Origin: Podospora anserina
Lineage: Eukaryota
Direction: 5' to 3'
NCBI GenBank assembly: GCA_017654855.1
Contig: CM030338.1
Coordinates: forward strand, 2,294,001 to 2,358,000
DNA: 64,000 nucleotides
Shown here: positions 13,750 to 27,330 of the stretch, in pieces
Layout: each line of letters starts with the position of its first letter
Position numbering within the stretch: position 1 is the first letter of the stretch
Made by a program: the position numbers and the translations under genes
Notes under the pieces: generated by a model
What the model was told of the DNA's origin: nothing
Database searches by the model: none
The model's input: the letters and a program-made list of their open reading frames with translations, nothing else

Positions 13750-15225
13750 TCATTGAGTGATCTCCTGGCGGGAGTAGGTCTGCTTGGGGAAGGGGTAACT
13801 GGGAGGGGGGAGTTAGCTGAGGTCATTCTTTTGAGTGAGGAGGATTTGGTTTAGGGAAAGTAGGGCTAGGGGAATAAGGGGCAGCGGAAAGTATTCTTCA
13901 GTAGCAGCAGTAGTAGTCGTTGCGCTTTTGCTTTTGTGCTCGCAAAAATAACACAGACTGATCAACCGAACTTTTGTGTGTGCTTTTCCTTTGTGCGGGT
14001 TGTGCCACATGTAAGGGAAAGAGGGGGGAACAACTTACGAAGGACCCAACTCCTGAATGCTCAGACGAGCCAACCACTGGCCCATGTTGACAGCCTCCTC
14101 AAGGGGGTGACCATCAACAATGCCAGCGCAGAAACCGCCAGCAAAAGCATCACCAGCACCGTTGGTGTCGTTGATGAGCTCCTTGGCGAGCTCGTGAACA
14201 GGGTACTCCTTGACCTCATCCTCACCCTGAATGGCAACAACGGTAGGCTCGGTACCCTGAGTGATGATAGCCACACGCTTCCGCTGGGTGTTGATCTTGG
14301 GCAGGTTGGCGAGCGCCTTGGCGATCTCCTTGACATCCGTCAAACCAAGCCCATGGCTCTCAGAGTACGCAGCCGCCTCGCCCTCATTACCAATGACATA
14401 ATCCCAATACGGCGCCGAGGCATCGAGCGGCTCCTTGAAGAACTGGCAGATGAAGGGGGCGGACAAGCTCAAGATGAACGGCTTGTTCTTCTCGGCCGCC
14501 TGCTTGGCCAGCTCCTGGATCGCGGGGGGGCAGACGGTGAAGTGGTACCCGCCGACGTAGTAGGCCTCTGCGTTCTCGACGAGAGCCCAGATGTCTGGGC
14601 GCTTGAGGTGCTCGAGGTCGTAGTGGTTGGCGGCGCCGAGCTCGGTGACCATGGAGCGGTTGTGGCCCGTGATGACGACGCCGCAGCGGCCGGTGGGGAT
14701 CTTGGGGTCTACGCGGTACTCGACCCGGAGGCCGACCTGCTTGACGGCATCGCGGAGGATGGCGGCGTACTTGTCGTCGCCGGCGCCGCCGAGGTAGACG
14801 ACAGAGTTGGGCGCGAGGATGTACTGGGCTCCGCGGGCGGTGTTTTGAGCGGCGCCGCCGGCGATGAGCTTGGCGTCGTAGTTGTTGAGGAGGTCCTCGT
14901 AGATGGGGAGGTGCTTCTCCTCGGCGAGGATGGCGTCGTTAGGCTTGAGGCCGTATTTTTCGAGGAGGGCCTCGTCGCCAAAGGCTTGGATATCTGGGGG
15001 GGTTAGTTTGCATAGGTGTACTCGGGAATAAATTGTAGATATCATATATTGCGGAAGAAGCGGGGGAGGTTGACCGCCCTTGCCCCCCGGAGAGGTCGGC
15101 CCCGTGGAATGGAAGCTCCCAGACCAAAATTATGAGCTCAAAAACACAACACCAATGAAAATCGCAACCTTACCAAGAAGAGGGTTCTCCAAGCAGAGCA
15201 GTCTGTAGTCCTTGGTGGCTGCCAT
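13750..15225 (-). CDS. ADO1: Adenosine kinase; three exons, last exon 13798-13750
   Basis: MAATKDYRLLCLENPLLDIQ...AGGAAQNTARGAQ...PTGRCGV...DTNGAGDAFAGGF (PfkB signature)...ELGPSYPFPKQTYSRQEITQ*. Confidence 0.96.
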
Positions 15226-15845
15226 TGTGATGTATGGGCGGTGTGTGTGTGGTGAAGGAGGTGTGTGGAAGTTCAGGAAAGAATTTGTGTCCCTCTGTTG
15301 AATGGAAGTTGGACGGCAGCTTTACAACCCAGAAGGCGGGGCAATAATAAACAGGTGGGGTTGGAACCGGTGCCGCCATCGGACTTTTTAGTGAACCCCC
15401 GCGAACCCCTGGTCAGCCCGGAGTATGAAATCTTGGCAGAGGGCCGAAGGGCTGAATATGTCGCCGATCTTATTCGGTGCATGTTACGGAGAAGTGACTT
15501 TCTGGAAGGGTTGCTGGTGGCTGACAATGACGGTGCTTAGCATTGTGGTTGTTGTGAGGCCAAGAAAGCTCTCCAAAGCTTGTCCCTAGCATCCATCACC
15601 CATCTACTAGCACAGGACAACCACGAAGACAACTGACGTCAGGAGGAAAAGGCAGAGCGTCGTTCACTCATATCGTATTCACCCTCGAATAGATAGAGGG
15701 GGTATCATCACCGCAACTAAGGTAATCACCCGGCCAAGTACATCAATGCCCAGTCACGGCTCGAACAGGGAGGAGGCTCTCTCCGCTCGCGTTTGCCCCG
15801 AAGTGAAGTGTTTCCTTGATTCCCGAGTTCCCCTGATGCATTGCC

Positions 15846-15875
15846 GACCTGACCTGACCTGACCTGACCTGACCT
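15846..15875. repeat. (GACCT)6 pentanucleotide repeat
   Basis: Read directly; lies downstream of RPL2. Confidence 0.9.
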
Positions 15876-16074
15876 CTTCCCCCTGACCAGATAACTTTTC
15901 AACAAGCTTTCGTGCCGACCGTCTTTTGGGAATCCTTTTATTTCATTTACGGCCATGATGCTTGCAGAAAAAGCAAGTCCCCCGTCCGATTCGGCAGTCC
16001 CGTAACTACAAAGCAACAAAGACCAATGCAATCCGTTGAACCCCTTGCCCAGATGTAGAACCGAGAAACACCCC

Positions 16075-17082
16075 TTACTCCTTCGTCTTCTGGGTACCAC
16101 GCAGCAGACCCGTTCTGCGGGCAGCAATGAGACCCGCCTTTTGACCCTGGGCGGCGTATCTGGAAATGGTAGACGCCTTACCGATATGCTGGTGGTTACC
16201 CTGTACAAGTGTGTCAGCTCTGCGATACAAACCATGTGGGTTGTCAGAATGGCACTTACACCACCGTGAGGATGGTCGACGGGGTTCATGGCAACACCAC
16301 GAGTCTTGGGCCATCTGTTGCGCTTGACAGCGAACTTGTGCTTGGCACGAGAAGCCTTGAGGAGGGGCTTGTCGGTTCTGCCACCACCGGCAACGATACC
16401 GATCATGCCGCGAGCGCTGGAGCTGACGACCTTCTTGGCGCCGGAGGGGAGCTTGATGCGGGTCTTGCCCTCATCGGGGTTGTGGCCGACAACGGTGATG
16501 TAGTTGCCGGAGGTGCGGCCGAGCGCACCACGGTCACCGACCTTCTCCTCGACGTTGGAGACGACGGTACCCTCGGGGACGGAAGCGAGGGGGAGGACGT
16601 TGCCGATGGTAAGAGCGGCGTTCTTGCCGGCGTAGATGAACTGGCCGGTGTACATGCCTTCGTTGGCAATGAAGGTCTCGGTGACCTTCTTGAACTTGTA
16701 GGGCGAGTTGAACTGAACGCGGGCGAGGGGAGCACCACGGCCAGGGTCGTGGATGATCTCCTTCACGATACCGCGAACGTAGCCATGACGCTCGGCGAAA
16801 TCGAGAGATCTGAACTTGGCGGGGGCCTTGTTCAGGCGGGTGTTGGCAGTGAAGATACTGCCGCGACCCTTACGCTGGTTGCGGATCTGAAGTCGAACGA
16901 AAAGCAACGGTTAGCCGCCATTTCCAATTTCCCAAGATGTTCCCCAACTCTCGATGCCGCCATCAATTTTCTAATCGGTCGGTCGGCGCAACAACTCGCT
17001 TTCTCGGTGCCGAATCGAATCTCGTGGTGTATCGAAAAGTGGTTGGAATTGAAGCTGAGGTAGTACTTACGACGCGTCCCAT
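16075..17082 (-). CDS. RPL2: 60S ribosomal protein L2 (uL2); three exons
   Basis: [20 protein letters not shown]...[11 protein letters not shown]...[28 protein letters not shown]. Confidence 0.98.
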
Positions 17083-19252
17083 CTTGCCCTGCCTACCTTG
17101 GTGATGTGAAAGGGACGGGGTTGACTCGGTGGTTGAGAAAGGCAGAGGTTGCGACTCGAGAATGTCTAGATCAGTGAAGCGATATTTTTGCCAAATTTCT
17201 GTGTGGACTGGCCCTGTGCCACAATTGGTTCGCTGTGGCTGTGGGGTGCCCTAACGCGGGGAGCTGTGTGGCTGCCAGCACTTGGGCCACTCAGCTGCCG
17301 AGTTTGGCGACCCACTCTGTCAGTTCGCTGACGTAAAGCTGGCTTCTGTATGGCAAGCGGGAGCTCTGTCTTTGACTTCGACGATGAATTCGAGATGCAG
17401 GGTCTCAACAATCAAGCTGCAAAACTTATAGCATATCGAGTTTGATATCTCGTATTTCACTTGCAAGATTGTACCATCATTCAGCCACTTCAAATTTCTT
17501 GAACAAAGCATCCCCCTCTTCCAATGTGCCCATGGCAGGACCCTATTCTCGTCTCACTCTTTTGATTGATAAACGAGCAAGCCCAGAGCACCTACAGTGT
17601 CAGATAGCAGTTGCTGTCATATTCGCACAGTACGTGCAGTGCCTCCAAGATGGGGCGAGTGCCGCCGACCGTGATCTCCCATCATCGTCGTCTCGTCTCC
17701 AGAACGCCCAACATCATCAAAATGACAGCACAAACACGCAGGGAATCATCAGCACGACTGCTGACTTAACTTACACACTATTCATGGATCGCTTTGCATT
17801 CCTTCTGTCGTCACATTCATGGTTCCACTTTTACTCAATGCTAACGGCGCTGTAGGTGCAAGATATATTTGCCATGAAAAGAGCCAACAGTTTGGCTGTT
17901 GCGCGCATTTCTGTCGAATCGCCATGTTTTTTTTCCGGGGGTGAGCATATTGCTACTCCATGGGTTTTGATGTGTGGGACCAGCTGCCAGTGAGAGAGCT
18001 GCGGCGCGTTTTATGTCAATCAACCACGATCAAGCGATCGAAGAGTGCAGCCCGATCCATGGTGATGGAGACCACTCTCACATTCACCAAACCAAACGCG
18101 GACTCCTCCGCAACCCGGCAGATTGACTGCAAGCCAACTCACTCGATAACTCTCTCCGTTTCTGCTGTCACTATCTCTACTCAACGGTTTCTGCAAGGCT
18201 GGTCTTATGTACAAGACTCTGGTCGAACCAGAAAGCCAGTGTGGGATGGCTTATCAGCGTTCTGTCATATCCTGTTTCCTTTCTGATGACCAGTTATGCC
18301 TTCATTGCTGTTTCCCGTGATTTTTGAAAAAGCTATTCGACGGTTTGGAATACGCAAAGTTGCTAGTCTTGAAGGTGGGGGTCCCTTCGTTGGCTGTTTG
18401 CCGTCTCATGAGGAAGAGGACACCGTCTGGGGAGGGTGCTGGGTGATAAAACACTGGAAGCTGATCTGAGCATATCGCGGTTGGAGAAGTTGGCATTGGT
18501 TGGGCCACAACACCAAGGGTTGAGGCGGAATGTGAGGAGCGGGTCATTTGGACAAGCTTCCAGGGCGAGCGAGCCCTTTTGGGCATTGTCGAAACCCACC
18601 GTTACCCGCTGCCGGCCGGGTGTACAAGTCAACCCCTTGACCATAACATCAACACACGCAGCCAATGGCTACCTCGGACATCACACAGACCAGCCATCCA
18701 GCCTCGTGCCTCACGGGTAGGGCACAATGAGCGGTCAATGAAAAACCTCATCGTCACAAATCGTCTTCGGTTGGATGGAGGGTATCGTCAGTAAGAGGCT
18801 CTTGGTGGCTTTCTGGGCACTGTTCAGGACAAGTAGAATGATGGTGATGGAAGGTGGTGATGGAAGCGAGACTGGCTCGTGCCATGAGCTTCAAGCAGGC
18901 AGACCGAGGGATGTGGACAAACCGGGCCTGTGCTTGCCACGGCAAGACAACCTGAAGAGGAGAATGCAAGATATATTAGCTTGTCTGGGAGCAAGAGGCC
19001 CAGAGGTAACCTTTAGTTTTAAGTTAGCCGACCTATCATGTTCTTTGGGCTCTTGGTGAAAGTAGCAAGGTAGGCTGGGAGGGCCCTGGCCATTATCGCT
19101 CGGCCGGTACGTAATTTCTTGCAGCCGATCGACCTTCCTCCATCTTTCTCTCCTACAACCTCCACACCTGTCTGTCGACTTGCGCTTGCTGCCACCGTCC
19201 ACCCACCTCAGCAAACGCCCATTGACCGACAATAGCGTTCACGCTCAACAAA

Positions 19253-21434
19253 ATGGCCGACGACGATTCTTCAGATCTCTCGTCTATTTCATCGCTATCG
19301 GCGCCTCCTAGTGATGATGAGTCTGGTCTCGAATTGACCAAGGAAAAGGGCATTCTGAAGTTCTTCCACAAGATCGACCGCAGCCCTGCCTTGGAGCCCA
19401 AGGAGAAGACACCGCCCCGACCCAAGAGAGAGCCATCGCCTCCACACGAATATGTGCTAGCTGACAACCCCGACATCGCTGTACGTATTTCTGCCATCAT
19501 TCGCGTCATTGAAGCGTTGCGACGCGAAAGATCGCGCACAGCGTGCCCCCCTGCGAGGGCTAGATAGCTGTCCCGCGGCAGCTATGTGGGGGACCAAGCT
19601 GACTTTTTTGTGTGCTCACAGTTTATCGTAATGTTCCGCGCCCGATTCACCGAAGCTTTCCCCAAAAGTCTGGCGAACTTTGGACCGCAAGAGCTGGAGC
19701 GCGATGTCGTCGATTCTGTTCCTGGCGAGCGCGTCGAGCACTTTTTGTGCGCCGTCTTGGGGCTTTTGCTGAACAGGAAGCAGGATATCAAGTACGTCAT
19801 TTCCAAGCCGCGGAGGCTATCGAAAACCTATTTGATCTGAACAAACCGCTGATTCCATCCGGTGCATAGGCCTGGCCACTACAATCGCGCGTTGGAGGAG
19901 GCTGTTCAGTCGCACAAGGGACAGTGGGCGAGGGATTGGGAGAGCCGAAACCCGCTTTCTGGGGGTGCCACGTTTGCGTCCATGACGCCAGTCCAACGGG
20001 TATGGTCTAGCTCTGAAGTCTGCAGTGATCTGCTTATTTTGCTAATCTCTCTCGCCATTGTAATTGCAGCTCACCTTGTTGCGCACGCTTATTCAATGGT
20101 CGCTCGCCTCCTCCGATGCGATCAAGTCAATGATCAACCAGCAATACAAGAACCGACACGAAGATGATCGCAACATTCCTCTCAGCGTTCAGGTGTGGGG
20201 CGGAGACGGTGACAAGCGCCGGTACTTCTTAATTGAGGGCAACGACGACACTTCCTTCCGTGTGTACAGGGAGAGCAATCCAGCCGGTGTTCACCGGACC
20301 TGGTGGAGCGTTGCTGGCAGCATTGAGGAGCTTCAGGCTCTAGCCAACAAGTTGGAGACTCAGGATGGAGGGCCCAAGGCTAGGCAGTTCGCAAAGAACA
20401 TTCTCAATGCGATTCCTAGATTTGAGGCTACCGAGGAGAAGAGGAGACGCAGGGAGTATCGCCAGATGCAGAAGGAACGGTTCAGGCGGCCAGAGCCTGG
20501 TTTCTCTCTATATGAGGGCCGCACCAGAGGCAAGAGGATGAAGTACACATATTCCGACGACGAGGCCGAGTTTCTTACCGATTCCACCAACCACCGATCT
20601 ACTCGCAACACACGAAACCACACACCGGCCGAGCCAAGTGGTCCAGTCACTACTGCGAGCGGGCGCCAGATTAGAGCCCCTACGAGACTCAACGCAGAGA
20701 AATCCAGCGAAGCTCCGAGCGCGGCTACTAGTGTTCAGGGCGATGACACAGAGAACAAGGAGAATGAGCTTGGGTCAAGGGGACGCCCTAGACGCTCTGC
20801 TGCTGTCAATCACGGTACAAACGGCTGGGCCGCCAGCAAAAAGAGAAAGAGCGAGGAGTTCGAGTCGGATGCTTCAGACGGAAGCGAGCCTGATTTTGGG
20901 GATGACGAAGAGGAGGAGGCCGACATCCCAGACGAGTCTGAAGACGAGGAGGAATTCGAGGAGGATTCGCCCATGGACGAGGATTTGGAGGATCAGGCCG
21001 AACCCGGCAGCAAAATCTTCAAATTCCCGATCCGAGTTGCGTTTGATGAGAACAACAAGGTGCGGCAAATTCCTGGCCCGCCCGTGGTTGTTTCACCAAA
21101 GAACGCCAGGGCTGCAGCTCGCAGGAATGTGGTTGTGAGTGAGAGCTCCGAGTCGACTGGCGCAGAGGATGAGCCAGAGGAGCCAGAGCCACCGGCCGCT
21201 GAGGAGATTATCGCCGTCCCAGCCAAACGCGCCTTGACACCTCAGACCCAAACGGAGACTAATGTTGACAAGTCTGGCGAGAAGGAGGTTAAGACTACGG
21301 ATGAGGGTATGGCTCCTCCCACGCCCTCGAGCGGGCCAGCCACGGCTTTGGCTTTCCGGGGCAGTCCAGAGAAGCCAGCGCAGCCGCCAATGGCTGCGGC
21401 GCAGGCTGTACCAGCCGTGGGCGACATCGAGTAA
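19253..21434 (+). CDS. Conserved fungal nuclear protein, probably WHIM/Ioc3-like chromatin-associated; four exons
   Basis: Spliced PPHEYVLADNPDIAFIVMFRARF...LLGLLLNRKQDIK...W...NPL...F..M.P.QRLTLLRTLIQWSL...WGGDGDKRRYFLIEG...SLYEGRTRGKRMKYTY, with an acidic tail. The domain assignment is from memory of the family. Confidence 0.75.
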
Positions 21435-21942
21435 GGCGACGTCATCAAGGAGGCCGGCTGGTGAACTTGGAGGGTTTTGGCCGATTATTTATTGCGGTAT
21501 GACGGTGTATGCGGCTCCTGAGGCGGTAGAGAAAGGAGAAGGCGTTTGGTAGATGAAATCGTTTGGGACTGTGATCGCCTGTTATTGGAGGTCTTTTCAA
21601 GGAAGCCGGCTCAGCTGTTTTATTTATTTCAGACCGTTTATGTCATACAGTCGGGCAGGCAGCGGGGTTGCTGGGTCAAAAAGCAGGTTATCATGGAGGA
21701 AGAGCTTGGTGTTGGGGGGAGGGTTGAGTATGCTGATTAGCTGTTTGTATGTTCTACGAACTGCATGGCTATTCTTGTTAGGAAGAGAAAGAACACTGAG
21801 AACATGTATCTTCACAACATGAAATAACTGTTGAACTCTTTGATTTTGCGTCGATGAGATAACCGATATCCATATTCCGTGCAATGCCGTGTGTTGTACG
21901 CCTATGACATTATTATATATACAAACCTCTCCCCCTTCTTTC

Positions 21943-22533
21943 TCACATGGTATCATTCACCCTTCTACCTCCTCTTATACCCCCTCTCCCCGGGAATCGG
22001 CCAGTTATTCACACCCCACCACCATCGCCTCACCCGCGCACCCAGGCTCTGCCCGCTGAGCTGGGCATTTCTGTTCCAATGCTGCCAACCGCAAATCGCG
22101 AGGTTGTAAGCAACGCCTTGAACGAGAGGCATGATCATCTATTTTGTCCCCCATTAGCCCCACTCCCCCCTACCGTCTGTTCCCCCCGACTGGAGCTCAC
22201 CTGATCCCTCGCCGTGATTAGAGCGATCTTCCACCAGGTATCCGCGTTTTTGATGCTGGCGAGGTAGGACTGTTCAAACCTGAGGTCGGGGAGCGGGGGG
22301 AGGTGATGGCGGGAGACGGGTTTTATTTTGCGGGAAGAGGAATGGGGGTAGTCTTCATCGTCGTCGGAGAGGTCGGATAGGTCGGTTTCGGGGTCTGATG
22401 TTGAGGAGATGTGGACGGGAGTCTTTTTGGAGGCGGCGGTGGATGGGTTGGTGTCGTGGGCGGCGGAAGGGGAGGGGTTGATGTGCGAGGTTTGGAGGGT
22501 TTCGGCTACCTGGAGGGGGAGGGAGTCTGCCAT
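21943..22533 (-). CDS. DUF1770 family fungal protein; two exons
   Basis: PPLPDLRFEQSYLASI...ITARDQ|MIMPLVQGVAYNLAICGWQHWNRNAQLSGQSLGARVRRWWWGVNNW. Confidence 0.85.
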
Positions 22534-23374
22534 GGTGGACAACAATGGACGTGTGTGAGGGAAGAAAGGGAGCTTGTTTGTGATAGTGGGGGGTGGTGGT
22601 GGTTCATTGATTGGGAGACGGGACTACACTATGGATGGGGGAAGTTGCATCATAATACTAAGGTGGTCATAGCTTTGTTCCACTTGCTGGTAGTTAAGTG
22701 GATTAGTGCTTAGTGTAGTAGTAATGCTAGGTTGTCTAAGGGTCAGCCGGAAAGAAGGCTGACAGGATGTGGCTGAGGCTCTTCTTGATGAGTCTTCAAG
22801 ACACGTGGAAGTCTTCTAGAATCGATAGCTGTGACGATGGTGAAGAAGCTTGGTTAGAGCCAAACAGTTCCCTGGTTTGCAGTGTCAGACAGACCGTCCA
22901 AAGTCACAATCCCAGGTTTCTGTATGATACAGCGTCAGCAGCGTCAGAGCATGTAACAGCTGCAAATGCCCTACACCCAATCAGGGTAATCGGGCTGACC
23001 GCCCAATGATGACTCGCAGTCAGGCAACACTTGTGGGGTCAGGAGCGCCACTGCTGGCTCCAATGTGCCAGGTCTTAAAAAGCCATAAAAGCCTTTTTTA
23101 CAGGCTTTCCCTCGCCCTGCGAAACCCCTCCCTGACGAGTTGGCCAACCCCACCACCAATTTTTTGAGATTTCCCTGCCCCCAAGAAACCAACACCAAAA
23201 AATCAAAGAAACCCAAACCCCGCTCGCTTTCCCACAACCCCTTGCGGAGAAGGAGTTTGCGCGGCGAGTCTCTTCTTCTTCCCCTTCTCTTTTTCCAGTC
23301 TCTTTTTTTCTTCTCCTTCTTGTTCGACAGCACTTTAACGGGTTTTGATTCGCTTCAGTCGTTAATTGTTCAAC

Positions 23375-24992
23375 ATGAGCGACCCCAACGCCAACGAGGC
23401 GGAGAAGAACGTGAGCACATCTACCTCTCTCCTTCCTTACCTTGCCCAACCCTGTCTCTCGGCCGATTCCGTTGGGGCGCGCCATTTTTCGCTTCTTCTT
23501 CTTTGGGTCTGGTTTACTGATGCCGTATCATGATGAATAGATTGAGATATGGAAGGTGAAGAAGTTGATTAAGCGCCTGGAGGCCGCTCGCGGCAATGGC
23601 ACCAGCATGATCTCCCTCATTATTCGTACGTGCTCACTGCCCTCTCTTCGCACATTCCCGTGTGCCCAGCCGGGCCTGGTGTGGCTGCCCGCCCGCCGAT
23701 GCCTTAGCCGAACTCAATGCTACCAAGCAACATGTGACTGACTTTCTTGATAGCTCCCAAGGATCAGATTTCCCGTGCGGCCAAGATGTTGGCTGAAGAA
23801 TACGTATGTCTTTTTCTGACCCTCCCTCGCACCAAGCTAACGCGTGGTGTCACAGGGTACCGCCTCCAACATCAAGTCCCGTGTCAATCGTCAGTCTGTC
23901 TTGTCGGCCATTACCTCGACCCAGCAGCGTCTCAAGCTGTACAACAAGGTCCCTCCCAATGGCCTCGTCGTCTACTGCGGTGAAATCTTGACCTCGGAAG
24001 GCAAGGAACGCAAGGTCAATATCGATTTCGAGCCCTTCAAGCCCATCAACACTTCGCTCTACCTCTGTGACAACAAGTTCCATACCGAGGCGCTTGCTGA
24101 GCTTCTCGAGTCTGATCAGAAGTTCGGTTTCATTGTCATGGACGGTAACGGAGCTCTGTTCGGCACCCTGAGTGGAAACACCCGTGACATTGTTCACAAG
24201 TTCTCGGTCGATCTTCCCAAGAAGCACGGTCGTGGTGGTCAGTCCGCTCTGCGTTTCGCCCGTCTCAGAGAGGAAAAGCGTCACAACTACGTGCGCAAGG
24301 TTGCCGAGTTGGCCGTCCAGAACTTCATCACCAACGACAAGGTCAACGTTATGGGTATTGTGCTTGCTGGTTCTGCCGATTTCAAGAACGATCTCAACGC
24401 CTCCGACATGTTCGATCAGCGTCTTGCCACCAAGGTCATCAAGGTTGTTGATGTGTCTTATGGTGGTGAGAACGGGTTCAACCAGGCCATCGAGTTGGCT
24501 TCTGAGACCCTCGGCAATGTCAAGTTCATTCAGGAGAAGAAGCTCATCGGCAAGTACTTTGAGGAAATCAGCCAGGATACCGGCCGTATCTGCTACGGTG
24601 TCGAGGATACCCTCAAGGCTTTGGAGCTCGGTGCTGTCGAGACTTTGATTGTCTTTGAGAACCTCGAGGTCACACGCTGGGTCCTCAAGGACAGCAATGG
24701 TGCCGAGATTATCATTCATTCTACTAAGCAGCAGGATGCGGCTAACCGGGACCGGTTCATGGACAAGGAGACTGGCCAGGAGATGGAAGTTGTCTCCCAG
24801 GAGTCTTTCCTCGAGTGGATCGCCGAGCACTACAAGGATTTTGGTACCACTCTGGAGTTCGTTTCGGACAGGTCGACTGAGGGCAACCAGTTCGTCAAGG
24901 GCTTTGGCGGTATCGGTGGTATCCTCCGGTACAAGGTCAACTTTGAGCAGTTGAACGAAGTGGATGACGATGATGAGTACTACGACGATTGA
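23375..24992 (+). CDS. SUP45: Eukaryotic peptide chain release factor 1 (eRF1); four exons
   Basis: [17 protein letters not shown] (NIKS motif), [18 protein letters not shown] (GGQ motif) and [11 protein letters not shown]. Confidence 0.98.
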
Positions 24993-26030
24993 CAGTTTGA
25001 TTCCCTCGTTGATAGCGAGGGACCCGGAACTGAAGCCATCACGTCCGAGCCGGAGACACTGCATGCCGACCAGCCGCAAGCCAAGCCACGGAGCCAGGGG
25101 AAGTTGCCGCCTGCTCAGCGGCGGCTGATGAAGGGCTTTACGGCGAGCCCAGGGTCGACTGAGGTGTCGCGTCCTAGCCCGCTTCGCTCTGTAATGACGG
25201 CTTCTTAAGTTACCACTTTGCATAGGGTGGGGGTGTGTTGTCGAGGGGCTTGGTTTTTGGACACTCCTTTGTGGGGAGGTGTGCACGACAGCTCTCGAGA
25301 CACCATCCATCATCATCAAGTTTGCTTCCGAGGCCTTTTTATTTTTGTAAACTGCCTCCAGGAAGAATCGAGAGGAACGAGAAGTCGGACAAGTTCGTCA
25401 AAAGGTATCACTTCATTACAGGGCACGTCAGGTCAAGGAGGAATGGTTCGGGGAAACCTTGGGGGCACGAGGCTGGACCGGATTTGAGATTTCGTTTCTG
25501 ATGTTTCAATTCCGGGCCACGCGGGGTGTCTATTCGGTCTTTACTACTGTCGATTCGCGGAAGGAAAGCAGGGCTTAGATATGTAGCTAGTTTGCGGGAC
25601 CCAACACTCTTTTGTCACTTGATTTTGTTTCTTTTATTGTGTATGATGACGCTTCTGTTGTGTATGAGTATGATGTTATGATGTATGAGTGAAAGTGACT
25701 TGAAAGGCCGTGTAACGAAAGACCGAACTCGGCCGGTAGAAATACAAGCCTGCGGGGTTTCAAACTCGAAAACTTTGTGAATCGAATCTGGGGGGCGGGG
25801 GGAAGGCGGGGGCACTTATGAGACGGGCGGGCCGGGCCGGTGGTGGTTGTATCACGCAAGGGGTGGGTAACTTCTCCGGATTTAGGTTGGACGTCAGTTT
25901 CTGTTCTTGTCGAGCGCAGGGCGTCAAACTTTTCATTTGAGTTTGTACATATCAATTGAGTCGCTATATCAGAGTGAACTCAGCTCCCTCTCATAACTGG
26001 CAACCATTACCGACAGAGGAGAGTTAGACA

Positions 26031-27042
26031 ATGGCGGAAAAGACAAAAGTTGCCTTTTTGGGGCCGGTGGCTTCGTATTCTCACCAGGTATTTCTTTTTC
26101 AGTCATGCCATTTTTGTATTTCATGAGCTTTAGCTGACAGGTTGGGGGGTAGGCAACAAAATTGGCCTTTCCGGATGAAAACACGCATGAACTCATCCCC
26201 GTGAAGACGATCCGCGGTTTGTCTCTTTCCCCCCCCCCCCTTTTTTTCTTGTTTTTGCATATATTAATGATATACTAGAAGTCTTCGACACGGTCCAAGC
26301 CAGGGGTACAGAATACGGCGTCGTCCCGTTCGAGAACTCGACCCACGGCCCGGTGTCAATGACGCTGGAAGCGCTGGCTGATCGGGGGGATGAACTGCGG
26401 GATGTGGTTGTTTGCGGGGAGGTGTACCTGGGGGTTCACCACTTTTTGCTTGGGAAGAAAGGGGGGAGGTTGGAAGATGTGAGGAGGGTGTATAGTCATC
26501 CGCAGGCGTTTGGGCAGACGGGGAGGTGGATGAGGAGGTTTTTGCCTGGGGTTGAGATGGTGGAGGTTAGTAGTACGTCAAAGGCGGCGGAAATCGTGGC
26601 GACGGGGGGGGATGAGGGGTGGGCGGCTGTGGCGGGGGAGATGGCGGGACGGGAGTATGGGCTTGGGGTGCTGGGGGAGAAGATTGAGGATAGGGGGGAT
26701 AACGAGACTCGGTTTTTTGTTGTGGGGAGGAAACAGGAAAAGGGGGAGGGGAGGGGGAAGGGGAAGAATCTGGTCAGTTTTTGTGTGGGATCTCATGATG
26801 AGCCGGGGGCGTTGGCGGAGGTGTTGGGGTGTTTTAGGGAGAGGGGGTTGAACCTGACGAGCATTAATAGTGTTCCTGGGTTGAGGGAGGGGATGAGGCC
26901 GTTTGAGTATTTGTTTTTTGTGGAGTTTGAGGGGACGGGGCAGGTGGATGAGGGGGAGAGGGTGAAGGGGGTTTTGGAGGATTTGGAGAGCAAGACGAAG
27001 GGGTGGAGGTATCTGGGGGGGTGGGAGAGTGCGAGGAGGTAG
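26031..27042 (+). CDS. PHA2: Prephenate dehydratase; three exons
   Basis: VAFLGPVASYSHQA...GVVPFENSTHG...VYSHPQAFGQ...SSTSKAA...IEDRGDNETRFFV...PGALAEVL...NLTSINS...YLFFVE. Confidence 0.93.
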
Positions 27043-27330
27043 AGGGAAGGGGGAAAAAAGACATGAAGACATACTAGAGATCTTTGGGAAGAAAGCTTGA
27101 AAGTAAACTGAGAGAAGAAGGGGACGGAATTATACCAGACAAAGAAATGGCACACCTAACCCTAACCCTCGTCTTTTTTGGTTCATACCTATCTCACTTG
27201 GTGAATTCAACGTCAGTTGGTTGATGTACACCAATCGACTTAACACACAGCTCATCAACCCTGAGCAATACACAACCAAACTCAATTTCCCGTAGAGTCT
27301 TTTATTCCCAATCATCGCACACTTCTCCCA

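Noticed and set aside
13799-14038. Long ADO1 last intron (and RPL2 intron 16887-17070) as snoRNA hosts
   Set aside because: No convincing C/D or H/ACA box arrangement seen.
18363-18665. Minus-strand ORF (VKGLTCTPGRQRVTVGFDN...) that faintly resembles a fragment of a secreted fungal protein
   Set aside because: The similarity is too weak to support by eye and no gene structure could be built; it needs tBLASTx.
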